Part shown: piece after piece, positions 9,826 through 19,314 of the stretch
Layout of the letters: each line of letters starts with the position of its first letter
Position numbering within the stretch: position 1 is the stretch's first letter
From: Chitinophaga pinensis
Lineage (GTDB): Bacteria > Bacteroidota > Bacteroidia > 2-12-FULL-35-15
Length of the DNA stretch: 64,000 bases
NCBI GenBank assembly: GCA_945865315.1
Contig: CAMBDK010000001.1
Span: 4,378-68,377 of the forward strand
Direction of reading: 5' to 3'
Notes under the pieces: generated by a model
Databases searched by the model: none
Seen by the model: only the letters and a program-made list of their open reading frames with translations
What the model was told of the DNA's origin: nothing
Translations under genes and position numbers: made by a program

Positions 9826-10465
9826 AAAAGAATTGCTTTATAACTTTATTGCGATTGAAGGGAATATAGGTGCAGGCAAAACTACCCTCTCAAAAAAGCT
9901 CGCTAATGATTTTAATGCCCGTTTAATTTTGGAGCAATTTGCAGAAAATCCTTTTTTACCAAAATTTTATACCACACCAGAAAAATATGCTTTTCCGCTC
10001 GAGCTGTCCTTTTTGGCAGAACGTTACCAGCAGTTAAAAAACGAACTGGGCAAGCAAGATATGTTTAGTCCTGGAATCGTTTCAGATTATTTTTTTTTAA
10101 AGTCATTAATTTTCGCAAAGGCTAACCTGGCGCATGACGAATTCGGCCTTTATTCTAAGCTCTTTCACATCATAAATGATTCCTTGCCTAAGCCTGATTT
10201 ATTTGTATACCTTTATCATGATGTAGATCGATTGCAAGAAAACATCAAAAAGCGCGGAAGAGTTTACGAACAAAATATCTCCACTGAATACCTTTTGAAG
10301 ATTCAAACTACCTATTTCGACTTTATTAAACAACTAAAGGATTTCCGTATTTTGGTTATAGACGTTAATTTAATAGATTTTGCTAATGACAATGCACATT
10401 ACAAACAAATGATTGAAATTATAAATAAACCATATAAAGTAGGTATAACAAGGATAAGGGCATAA
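9818..10465 (+). CDS. Deoxynucleoside kinase (dAK/dGK/dCK family)
   Basis: IAIEGNIGAGKTTLSKKLA P-loop, LEQF..NPFL, and ERY motifs are typical of the deoxynucleoside kinase family. An 8-nt overlap with folK suggests translational coupling. Confidence 0.75.
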   Translation: MDKKELLYNFIAIEGNIGAGKTTLSKKLANDFNARLILEQFAENPFLPKFYTTPEKYAFPLELSFLAERYQQLKNELGKQDMFSPGIVSDYFFLKSLIFAKANLAHDEFGLYSKLFHIINDSLPKPDLFVYLYHDVDRLQENIKKRGRVYEQNISTEYLLKIQTTYFDFIKQLKDFRILVIDVNLIDFANDNAHYKQMIEIINKPYKVGITRIRA

Positions 10466-10592
10466 AGAATTGCCAGGTAATAAAATAAAATAAAATTAAT
10501 TACATAAAAAGACAGATTGTTTGAAATTTTAATTATTTTTGCGCAACTTATTGAGAAAAGTAAAATATATATCTAAGAACTAAAAAAATAAA

Positions 10593-12326
10593 ATGAAAAA
10601 TCTATCTTTACAAACTATTGGTTTAGCGTTTATCACAACTGTTAGTTTAACTTCTTGTGATGGACTTGCTAAATTAGTTAAAAATGCAGGCAAAATAAGC
10701 TATAAAGTAACTCCAGATCCAATAGAAATGCATGGTGATAGCATTTCACTTAGTGTAAGTGGAACTTTTCCTATAAAAATATTTCCTAAAAAAGCTACTG
10801 TTACAACTACCCCTGTTATAAAATATGATGGTGGAGAAAAAGCTTTGAAACCGATAATACTAATTGGAGAAAAATTAGAAGGTAATGGACAAAAAATAAA
10901 AAAAGCAGAAGGAGGAAGCTATACTTATACTTCTGAAAAATTCGCATACACACCTGAAATGAAAAAGGCTGTTTTAGAATTAAGAGTTGAAGGCCAAGTT
11001 AAGAAAAAAGTAAAAAGCCTACCATCAGTAAAAATTGCTGACGGAACGGTAGTTACGCCATTGTTAGTAAAAAGTGATGGAAAAGGAATAATGGCAAAAG
11101 ACAAACTTGTTAGAACAATTCAAAGATCTCAATCGGCAAATATTTTCTTCACAATAAATCAATCTCAAGTTCGACCAGCAGAAATGAAAAGTGATGATTT
11201 AAAAGCTTTTAAGGAATTTATAACAGCTGGCATTGCAAAATCTTTCGTTTTTAAAAATATAAATTTATCAGCATATGCTTCTCCTGACGGAGAACTAACT
11301 TTAAATAGCAGCCTTGCAGAAAACCGTGCAGTAGAAGCTGCTAAAGCTATGATAGCGATGTTTAAAGACGAGAAAACGAAGTTAGATGTGGCAACAGCAG
11401 ATGCTTTTTATAATAAAGTTACTACAGCCGAAGATTGGGATGGTTTCAAAAAAGCAATAGAAAACTCTTCTATTCCTGATAAAGATTTAATATTAAGAGT
11501 ATTAACAATGTATCCAAATGGGGAGACACGTGAAAAAGAAATCAAAAATTTATCGAAAACATATGTTGAAGTTGCAGATAAAATTTTACCTCAATTACGT
11601 AGAGCAGTTCTAACATTGAATGCAGAAGAAAAAGGAAGAACGGATGAAGAAATAAAAGCTTTAGCTACAACCACTGCTGAAGGATTATCAATTGAAGAAC
11701 TTCTTTTTGCAGGAACTCTAACGAATGATTTAAATACTAAATTAGAGATCTACAAAAAAGCAGAATTAAAATATTCAAGCGATTGGAGAGCATTTAATAA
11801 TTTGGGTAATGTTTATTTATTGCAAAATAAATTGAACGAAGCTGAAACTCATTTTAAAAAAGCTATCGAACTTTCTCCTAAAAATGAAATTATTAATAAT
11901 AACTTAGGAATTGTTGCACATTCGAAAGGTGACCGTAAAGCTGCTATGGAATTATACAAGTCAGCTTTAAGTGCAGGTCCGGAAGTAAATTACAATATTG
12001 GTATTATTGAAATTCAGAATGGTAATTATGCTTCGGCAATTTCTAATTTTGGTAATTTCAATACTTTTAACTTAGCGCTAGCTAAATTATTAAATAAGAA
12101 TGCGGATGGCGCAATTTCAACAATTGATGGCTCAACGGAAAAAGATGCTGCAATTTCTTTTTATTTAAAGGCAATATGTGGTGCTCGTCAAAACAAAGCT
12201 GATTATATAACAAGCAACTTGAAAACTGCGATACAAAAAGATGCTTCGTTTAAAGCTTTAGCTAAAGATGATGCTGAATTTATTAAGTTTCGTGAAAATG
12301 AAGAATTCAAAGCGATTGTAAACTAA
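10593..12326 (+). CDS. TPR-repeat lipoprotein (hypothetical)
   Basis: Signal peptide with lipobox LTSCDG. C-terminal half has several TPR-like repeats (NLGNVYLLQNKLNEAETHFKKAIELSPKN..NLGIVAHSKGDRKAAMELYKSAL). Confidence 0.5.
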   Translation: MKNLSLQTIGLAFITTVSLTSCDGLAKLVKNAGKISYKVTPDPIEMHGDSISLSVSGTFPIKIFPKKATVTTTPVIKYDGGEKALKPIILIGEKLEGNGQKIKKAEGGSYTYTSEKFAYTPEMKKAVLELRVEGQVKKKVKSLPSVKIADGTVVTPLLVKSDGKGIMAKDKLVRTIQRSQSANIFFTINQSQVRPAEMKSDDLKAFKEFITAGIAKSFVFKNINLSAYASPDGELTLNSSLAENRAVEAAKAMIAMFKDEKTKLDVATADAFYNKVTTAEDWDGFKKAIENSSIPDKDLILRVLTMYPNGETREKEIKNLSKTYVEVADKILPQLRRAVLTLNAEEKGRTDEEIKALATTTAEGLSIEELLFAGTLTNDLNTKLEIYKKAELKYSSDWRAFNNLGNVYLLQNKLNEAETHFKKAIELSPKNEIINNNLGIVAHSKGDRKAAMELYKSALSAGPEVNYNIGIIEIQNGNYASAISNFGNFNTFNLALAKLLNKNADGAISTIDGSTEKDAAISFYLKAICGARQNKADYITSNLKTAIQKDASFKALAKDDAEFIKFRENEEFKAIVN

Positions 12327-12389
12327 AAAACAATGGGTTGTTTTCCCTGCTAAATTATTTAAAGAAATAATATTTATTTTGAAGAATAA

Positions 12390-12425
12390 AAGACCTCGAT
12401 GATATATTATCGCCGAGGTCTTTTA
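12390..12425 (+). terminator. Rho-independent terminator after the TPR lipoprotein gene
   Basis: GACCTCGAT..ATCGCCGAGGTC hairpin followed by TTTTAAATT. Confidence 0.5.
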
Positions 12426-12785
12426 AATTATTTGAACGCTATTTTATAAATAGTTTTATTTTATAAAAAAAAGAATTTATAAAGTTTTCTTAGTTTATTG
12501 AAAGATTTTTAATATCAATAAATGAAAAATTTTAAATAAAAATGAGTCATTATTTTTCTAAATATTGGTTCCTGTAAATAAATTATCTAATTTAGATAAA
12601 ACTTTACTAGCTATAAAAAGAGGTATATCTAAAAAATATTTATATTTGTAATAAAGTAAAAAATACTTTGGCACAAGTTTTGAAGTGTAGTTATAGTTAA
12701 ATATTTTTCTTATTTTTGACATAAAGAAAATAAGTATTTTAATAAAGTATATAATTTAATTGGAAATAATAAAAACACTAATCTT

Positions 12786-13436
12786 ATGAAAAAAGCTATT
12801 TTAAAAATTGTACCAGCAGTTTTGATGTTAACTATGTTATCACTAACAGCTGTATCGCAATCATTCGAAGGGATTATCGAATTCAAAAAAGGATCGTCTA
12901 CTGATACAATTAGTTATGTGTATTATATTAATAGTACTAATTTGGTGCGGATTGACGAAATTGGAAGTAAGTCAAAAAAAGTAGAAGGCTCTTTCTTAGT
13001 AAATCTAGTAGCAAAAAACATGAAGTCGGTAAATCATGACCGTAAACTTTATATGGATCAGCCGACCCCTGCAGCGCCTATTATTAAAGGTGTATGTACA
13101 GTTACAAAGGGACAAGGGGTGAAAAACATTCAAGGGTACAAATGTGTTGAGTATATTGTTACAAATAATACAGAAAACACAATAATTACTTATTGGCTTG
13201 GAGATGGTAAATTTGCATTCTTTGAAAAATTATTGCGTCAATTGAATCGTAAAGACAAAGCTTCTGTTTATTTTTTGCAAATACCCGACGTAAAAAATTT
13301 ATTCCCTATGCTTTCTATTCAAACTAACCTAGCTGGTAAGGAAGTAGGTCGTTTAGAAGTTACTAAAATTACAAAAAAAGTTGTTGAACCATCCTTATAT
13401 GAAATACCAAAAGGATATAATAAATTTGAGAAATAA
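12786..13436 (+). CDS. Hypothetical secreted protein (possibly DUF4412-like)
   Basis: 216 aa with signal peptide MKKAILKIVPAVLMLTMLSLTAVSQS. No confident family assignment. Confidence 0.35.
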   Translation: MKKAILKIVPAVLMLTMLSLTAVSQSFEGIIEFKKGSSTDTISYVYYINSTNLVRIDEIGSKSKKVEGSFLVNLVAKNMKSVNHDRKLYMDQPTPAAPIIKGVCTVTKGQGVKNIQGYKCVEYIVTNNTENTIITYWLGDGKFAFFEKLLRQLNRKDKASVYFLQIPDVKNLFPMLSIQTNLAGKEVGRLEVTKITKKVVEPSLYEIPKGYNKFEK

Positions 13437-13460
13437 TAGCAGCATTTATACCATCATTAA

Positions 13461-13496
13461 AAAAGCCCTTCAAACTTATTTGAAGGGCTTTTTTAA
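13461..13496. terminator. Bidirectional Rho-independent terminator between convergent genes
   Basis: AAAAAGCCCTTCAAA-CTTA-TTTGAAGGGCTTTTTT: perfect 12-bp stem with a 4-nt loop, flanked by an A-run and a T-run. Confidence 0.7.
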
Positions 13497-13550
13497 TGAT
13501 GGTATATTATTGAAAAGAAGTATAACTATATTTTAATGCCATATAAATAA

Positions 13551-15461
13551 TTAAACTCCCTCACTTAATTCTAACCAGCGTAATGATTTTTCATCGAGCT
13601 GAGAAATTATTATTCCAATACGGGCGGTCCATTTTATAATATCTTCGTGATTGTTTGTAGCTGAATTTAAGTCTTCAGTAATTTTTAATTTTTCAGCCTC
13701 TAATTTAGCTATTTCTTTTTCTAGCTCTTCAAATTCAAACTTTTCTTTAAAGCTTAACTTTTTAGTAGAAACTAAATTGTTTAATTTATCGAAGGGCTTA
13801 GCATCTATGAAACTGGCTGAAGTATTAATTTGTTCTTTAATAGATTTGTCGTTTATTTTATCTTCTCGTTCCTTTTTCTCTCTATATTCAGTATAATTTC
13901 CAGGGAAATCACGAACAATACCTTCTCCTTCAAAAACAAACAAATGGTCAACCATTTTATCCATAAAATAACGATCATGCGTAACAACTAGCAAGCACCC
14001 TGGAAAGCTTGTTAAGAAATCTTCTAAAACACTTAGCGTTACAATATCTAAATCATTTGTTGGTTCATCAAGGATCAAAAAATTTGGATTTGTAATCAAA
14101 ATTGTCATTAGGTATAATCTTCGTCTTTCACCACCACTAAGTTTGGACACAAAACCAAACTGTACTGACGGTGGAAATAAAAACTTAGTAAGCAATCCAG
14201 ATGCGGAAAGTTTGGAGCCATCTGCCAAAGGAATAAATTCTGCGATATCTTTAACAACATCTATCACACGTTTGTCTTCATTCTGCTTTAAGCCTTCTTG
14301 AGAATAATAGCCAAAAACAATAGTTTCACCAGTAGAAATATTACCAGAATCGGGGACATCCAAATTCATTACCATATTCAAAAAAGTAGATTTCCCTACT
14401 CCATTTTTACCAATTACACCAATTTTTTCACCCTTTTTAAATATATATGAAAAGTCATTTACAATTTTTGTGTCGCCAAATGATTTCTTAATGTTATCAA
14501 ATTCCAATATTTTCCCACCGATACGAGCCATTTTAACACCCAACTCTAATTTCTCTTCGGTTTGCTTGCTAAAGGCTTTGTCTTTCACTTCATAAAAAGA
14601 GTCGACTCTGTATTTTGCTTTTGTCCCTCTTGCTCGCGGCATTTTCCGAACCCACTCTAATTCTCTTTTATATAAATTTTTTGCTTTATCAATTTCACTA
14701 TTTTCCATCGTTTCTCTTTCGGCTTTTTTCTCAACAAAATATTGGAAATTGCCTCTATAATGAAAAAGCTTAGCTGCATCAATCTCAACAATTTCAGTAC
14801 AAACGCTATCTAAAAAATAACGATCGTGTGTTACAAGCAATAGCGTAAGATCTTTAGATACAAGATAATTTTCTAACCATTCAATCATTTCAACATCCAG
14901 ATGGTTGGTAGGCTCGTCAAGGATCAATAAATGAGGTTCATCAATAAGAACTTTTGCTAAAGCCACTCTTTTTTTTTGTCCACCAGAAAGTGTTGAAATT
15001 TTTTTATCGAGGAAAGCAATTTTTAAACGTTGTAAAATTTCATGAACTTTCGCTTCAAAATCCCAAGCTTCTAGTTTATCCATTTGTGCACTGCATAATT
15101 CAAGCTGCAAAGATGTTTTGTCATTATACTCTTTTTCAAATTCAGTTAATGCAGCTTCGTAATCACGAACAGCATTAAGCATAGGATTATCAGAATTATA
15201 AATTGCTTCAACCACTGTACTGTTGGGATCAAAAGTTGGGTTTTGATCTAAATATGTAACAACAATATCCTTGCGAAATGTTACAGTGCCAAAATCTGCA
15301 ATTTCTTTTCCTGTGATAATTTTAAGAAGAGTTGATTTTCCGGCACCATTTTTAGCTATTAAAGCCAAGCGATTACCTTGATTTAAGCCAAAACTAATTT
15401 TATCAAATAATACTTTTGATCCGTAGGATTTTGAGACGGATTCTATAGATAGATAGTTCAA
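13551..15461 (-). CDS. ABC-F family ATPase (two tandem ABC ATP-binding domains, no TM domain)
   Basis: Two Walker A motifs (GKNGAGKST, GKNGVGKST), two LSGG signature motifs, and a C-terminal coiled-coil extension (EELEKEIAKLEAEKLK). Architecture is typical of Uup/YbiT-like ABC-F proteins. Confidence 0.8.
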   Translation of the reverse strand: MNYLSIESVSKSYGSKVLFDKISFGLNQGNRLALIAKNGAGKSTLLKIITGKEIADFGTVTFRKDIVVTYLDQNPTFDPNSTVVEAIYNSDNPMLNAVRDYEAALTEFEKEYNDKTSLQLELCSAQMDKLEAWDFEAKVHEILQRLKIAFLDKKISTLSGGQKKRVALAKVLIDEPHLLILDEPTNHLDVEMIEWLENYLVSKDLTLLLVTHDRYFLDSVCTEIVEIDAAKLFHYRGNFQYFVEKKAERETMENSEIDKAKNLYKRELEWVRKMPRARGTKAKYRVDSFYEVKDKAFSKQTEEKLELGVKMARIGGKILEFDNIKKSFGDTKIVNDFSYIFKKGEKIGVIGKNGVGKSTFLNMVMNLDVPDSGNISTGETIVFGYYSQEGLKQNEDKRVIDVVKDIAEFIPLADGSKLSASGLLTKFLFPPSVQFGFVSKLSGGERRRLYLMTILITNPNFLILDEPTNDLDIVTLSVLEDFLTSFPGCLLVVTHDRYFMDKMVDHLFVFEGEGIVRDFPGNYTEYREKKEREDKINDKSIKEQINTSASFIDAKPFDKLNNLVSTKKLSFKEKFEFEELEKEIAKLEAEKLKITEDLNSATNNHEDIIKWTARIGIIISQLDEKSLRWLELSEGV

Positions 15462-15730
15462 TATATTGGATATTTAGTTATTTGAATAGAGGATATTTAC
15501 AAAAAATAATTATAAGTAAAATTGATTTTATAAATGATATGTTAAATTAACACAGCTAATTAAATTGGAAATGGAATTATTTTAAAAATTATTTTTTCAA
15601 TTTACAAAAATTCCGTTCTAAAATTTAAACTAGTAATCGTAATAAAAGTTTGTAAGGTAGTAAAAAGGACTTAATTATAGGGTTTTTCATTTATATTTTG
15701 AATTTACGTTTACGTTTACGTTACGAGAAA

Positions 15731-16696
15731 TTAATAATAATTGTTTTCTGCCAAATAGTTTTTAACATAATCTTTTACTCCCTCTTCCAATGTATGGAAT
15801 GGTTGTGAAAAGCCTATCGATTTCAATTTGCTCATATTGGATTCTGTAAAATATTGGTATTTATTACGAATATCAGCAGGTGTATCAATAAATTTAATTG
15901 CAGGTTTTTCATTTAATGTTAAAAAAACATTTCTTACCAAGTCAAGGAAGCTGCGAGCTTTGCCAGAACCTAAATTATAAATGCCAGAATCTTTGCGATG
16001 GTGCAATAAAAAATAACAAACATCAAGTACATCCTTTACATATACAAAATCACGCAATTGTTCACCATCCTTATAATCATGACGATGGGATCGGAATAAA
16101 TTAGCATATCCATCTTTCTTAATTTGATTAAATGAGTGAAGAATTACGGATGCCATCCTTCCCTTGTGATATTCATTTGGGCCATAAACATTGAAAAATT
16201 TTAATCCTACCCAAAAATATGGTTTTGTAGTTTGCGCTAATGCCCACTTGTCAAATTCATTTTTTGAATCCCCATAAGGATTTAATGGTTTTAATTTTTC
16301 GATAATATCCTCATCATCATTATAACCATACTCTCCCATTCCATAAGTTGCGGCAGACGATGCATATACCAAAGGCAAACCAAATTCAACACATAAGTTC
16401 CAGATATTTTTAGAGTAATTCAGATTGAGGCTATCAAAAATTTCTTTATTAAACTCTGTAGTATCAGTTCTTGCACCAAGATGAAACACAAATTGAACCA
16501 GTCGTTGATTTTCTCTCAACCAATGAATAAAATCATCACGATGTATTTTTTGTGAATACTTTTTTCGATCCAAATTTTTTAATTTTTCAGGATTAGAAAA
16601 GTCATCCACTAGGATAAGATCAGTAAAGCCTTCCTTAGCTAATTTGCTTATCAAACAACTTCCAATAAAGCCTGCGGCGCCCGTTACAATAATCAT
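15731..16696 (-). CDS. hldD: ADP-L-glycero-D-manno-heptose 6-epimerase
   Basis: MIIVTGAAGFIGS..ASSAATYG..FNVYGPNEYHKGRMASV..FVYVKDV is collinear with E. coli HldD/RfaD along the full length. Confidence 0.8.
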   Translation of the reverse strand: MIIVTGAAGFIGSCLISKLAKEGFTDLILVDDFSNPEKLKNLDRKKYSQKIHRDDFIHWLRENQRLVQFVFHLGARTDTTEFNKEIFDSLNLNYSKNIWNLCVEFGLPLVYASSAATYGMGEYGYNDDEDIIEKLKPLNPYGDSKNEFDKWALAQTTKPYFWVGLKFFNVYGPNEYHKGRMASVILHSFNQIKKDGYANLFRSHRHDYKDGEQLRDFVYVKDVLDVCYFLLHHRKDSGIYNLGSGKARSFLDLVRNVFLTLNEKPAIKFIDTPADIRNKYQYFTESNMSKLKSIGFSQPFHTLEEGVKDYVKNYLAENNYY

Positions 16697-16750
16697 AATA
16701 AATATTTTGAGGTATTAGAATTATTAAATTTTTATTTCGTATTAAAATAT

Positions 16751-17638
16751 TTATAAAAATATATTTTCTTGTATTCTTTTAATCAATCCTTTTTCTTGGG
16801 CTTTGTCATATAATAATTTCAATGCTTGTTTACCATCGACTCCCAAGTCTAAAGAATAATTATTTACATATAATTCAATGTGCTTAAAAATTACATCATC
16901 ACTCAATGATTGTGCATTTGCCTTCACAAAGTTACGACTAGAAATAGGGTTAGCAAAGGCGAATGCAATGCTATTGCGTAATATGCGATTAAATTTGTGT
17001 TTCAAATCATCAGGGAAATTACGCTTTATTACAATTCCGCCCAATGGAATGGGAGTATTTGTTAATTTCTCCCAATATTCACCAAGGTCAATAATTTTTT
17101 TCAATCCCTTTTGTTCGAAAGTAAAACGATTTTCATGAATTATTAAACCAAGTTGAACTTTTCCCGATATCAAAGCATCTTCGATATCAGAAAAAAGCAT
17201 TTCCACTTTATTTTTTGCTTCGGGATACGCCAATGATAAAAGTAGATTAGCTGTTGTGTATTTTCCAGGAATTGCAATTTGCAATTTAGAAAATGGAGAT
17301 TTTAAATAAGTGTCGTCTTTTGCAATAAGCAATGGCCCACAATTTTTTCCAAGAGCACTTCCTGAATTTAATAGCTGATATGGTTTTGTGAGGTAAGCGT
17401 ATGCGTTAAAACTTAATTTGGTAATATCTAATTCAGCATTAAATGCTTTTTGGTTTAGTGATTCCACATCTTCCATAAACACTTCGAATTCGAGTCCCTC
17501 TGTGTCAATTTTATTGTGAATAATCGCATCAAAAATGAAACAATCATTAGGGCAAGGACTAATACCTAAAGTTAGTTTAAGTGGTTTTTTGGCATTTTTA
17601 AAAAGTTGTTGAGAACCGGAGTTGGAATTAAAATTCAT
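16751..17638 (-). CDS. mqnD: 1,4-dihydroxy-6-naphthoate synthase (futalosine pathway, MqnA/MqnD family)
   Basis: LGISPCPNDCFIFDAIIH..LDITKLSFNAY carries the MqnD-type PCPND motif, and the size fits the family. Confidence 0.6.
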   Translation of the reverse strand: MNFNSNSGSQQLFKNAKKPLKLTLGISPCPNDCFIFDAIIHNKIDTEGLEFEVFMEDVESLNQKAFNAELDITKLSFNAYAYLTKPYQLLNSGSALGKNCGPLLIAKDDTYLKSPFSKLQIAIPGKYTTANLLLSLAYPEAKNKVEMLFSDIEDALISGKVQLGLIIHENRFTFEQKGLKKIIDLGEYWEKLTNTPIPLGGIVIKRNFPDDLKHKFNRILRNSIAFAFANPISSRNFVKANAQSLSDDVIFKHIELYVNNYSLDLGVDGKQALKLLYDKAQEKGLIKRIQENIFL

Positions 17639-17947
17639 TTTTATTGAATGTGCAATTCTAAATTATTTAATTTATTTTTTTATCTTTTAGATGTAGGTTA
17701 TCTAATTGTTTTTATTAATAAAAAAACAATTAACACATACGAATTTCTGTTAAATAGTTTCGACACATTTCATACCATTTAAAATAAATTACGATTATTT
17801 GATTAACTATCAGGTAACAAAATGATAATTATTATACTTTAAATTACTTTATTGTAAAAGTAGGATTTCTTTTGATTCGACTGTTTTATTTAGTTAACTA
17901 GAAAAATTATTTACTATATTTACATTCATTTTTAACTTTTAGACACA

Positions 17948-19003
17948 ATGTTATTTCAAAACAGAGTTAACAAAAAGGAGCTTAAAAAAAAGATTCAAGA
18001 AGATACTACTAAACGGTGTACCATATCGTTTTACCGCTATGTTATAATTGAAAATCCAGAGGAACTGCGTAACAATTTGTTTGTTTCTTGGAACGAGCTT
18101 AGCGTTTTTGGCCGTATTTATATTGCGCATGAAGGCATAAACGCTCAAATGTCAATACCAGAAGAACATTTCGAACTTTTCAAAAAACAACTTAATGCTG
18201 ACCTGCGTTTCGAAAAAATGGTATTTAAGATTGCCGTAGAAGATAATGGTAAATCTTTTTATAAATTAACTGTTAAAGTGAGGCATAAAATTGTGGCAGA
18301 CGGCTTAAAGGAAGGTGATTTTGATGTTACGAATGTTGGGAATCATTTAACTGCAAAAGAATTTAATAAGGCAATGGATGATGCTTCTACCATTGTTGTG
18401 GACATGCGTAATCATTACGAAAGTGAAGTTGGTCGATTTGTGGGTGCTATTTGTCCGGATGCGGATACTTTTCGTGAAGAATTACCCATTGTGATAAATG
18501 AATTGAAAGATAAGAAAGATAGGAAAATAATAATGTATTGTACTGGAGGTGTTCGTTGTGAAAAAGCAAGCGCATATTTAAAACATCATGGATTTAAAGA
18601 TGTGAGTCAACTGCAGGGTGGCATTATAGATTATGTTCGACAAATAAAAGCTGAAAACTTACCTTCAAAATTTATCGGAAAGAATTTCGTTTTTGATGAA
18701 CGTGTAGGAGAGCGTATTACCGATGATATAATTGCCCAATGTCATCAATGTGGTGCAGTTTGTGATACACATGTAAATTGCGCTAATGATGATTGTCATT
18801 TGCTATTTATTCAATGTGAAAGTTGTTTTAAAAATACAAAAGGTTGTTGTACTGCAGAATGTATGCATATTGCTGACCTACCAATTGAAGAGCAGCGTTC
18901 CCTCCGTAAGGGCCGGAAAAAGACAGATTGCCTCTCTGTATACAAAAGCAGATTGCGTCCAAATTTAAAAGAGATTTTAGACAATAAGAGTTTGAAAGGA
19001 TAA
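17948..19003 (+). CDS. trhO: tRNA uridine(34) hydroxylase TrhO (rhodanese-domain protein, YceA/UPF0176)
   Basis: N-terminal ACT-like region, central rhodanese with active-site CTGGVRCEKA, and a C-terminal Cys-rich tail. Collinear with YceA/TrhO. Confidence 0.7.
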   Translation: MLFQNRVNKKELKKKIQEDTTKRCTISFYRYVIIENPEELRNNLFVSWNELSVFGRIYIAHEGINAQMSIPEEHFELFKKQLNADLRFEKMVFKIAVEDNGKSFYKLTVKVRHKIVADGLKEGDFDVTNVGNHLTAKEFNKAMDDASTIVVDMRNHYESEVGRFVGAICPDADTFREELPIVINELKDKKDRKIIMYCTGGVRCEKASAYLKHHGFKDVSQLQGGIIDYVRQIKAENLPSKFIGKNFVFDERVGERITDDIIAQCHQCGAVCDTHVNCANDDCHLLFIQCESCFKNTKGCCTAECMHIADLPIEEQRSLRKGRKKTDCLSVYKSRLRPNLKEILDNKSLKG

Positions 19004-19102
19004 ATTAAACAAATTAGTAATGTATAAAATTTATTAACTGTTGAAGAAGAAGAAATTCGTTAATAATATTGATATTAAATTTGTTGTTTCTTTTTTTATT
19101 TA

Positions 19103-19300
19103 AGGCATTGTTAAAAAATAACTAATACATTCTGGCTTGTTCTTTTGCCCTTTTTCTACTTTATAAAATCGTTAAATCGCTAAGGCTATTCGCGCATGTA
19201 CGCTGTCTCGGTTATATCCAGCCTCTGGCTGCCTGTCGCGCCTTGAAAAAGAACAAAATTACTTTGCCAATTCTTTACCATTTATTTCTTAACAATGCCT
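19103..19300 (-). repeat. TIR-bounded ~198-bp intergenic element, copy 1 (MITE-like or structured ncRNA)
   Basis: Left end AGGCATTGTTAAAAAATAA and right end TTATTTCTTAACAATGCCT form an 18/19-nt terminal inverted repeat. The element aligns end to end with 43250..43441. It is locally GC-richer than surrounding intergenic DNA and contains a CAGCC-TCT-GGCTG hairpin. Confidence 0.6.
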
Positions 19301-19314
19301 AAGCCGTTATATAA

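Noticed and set aside
12668-12684. Sigma-54-like promoter TTGGCAC-aagtt-TTGAA about 100 bp upstream of the 12786 gene (rpoN is present in the window)
   Set aside because: The -24 GG element and spacing are right, but the near-invariant C of the -12 GC dinucleotide is replaced (TTGA instead of TTGC). No enhancer-binding protein gene is nearby. This is too weak to call.
15702-15728. Short tandem repeat TTTACG x3 immediately downstream of hldD
   Set aside because: It has only three imperfect units, sits in a 3' untranslated spacer, and is more likely chance or part of a terminator region than a functional repeat.
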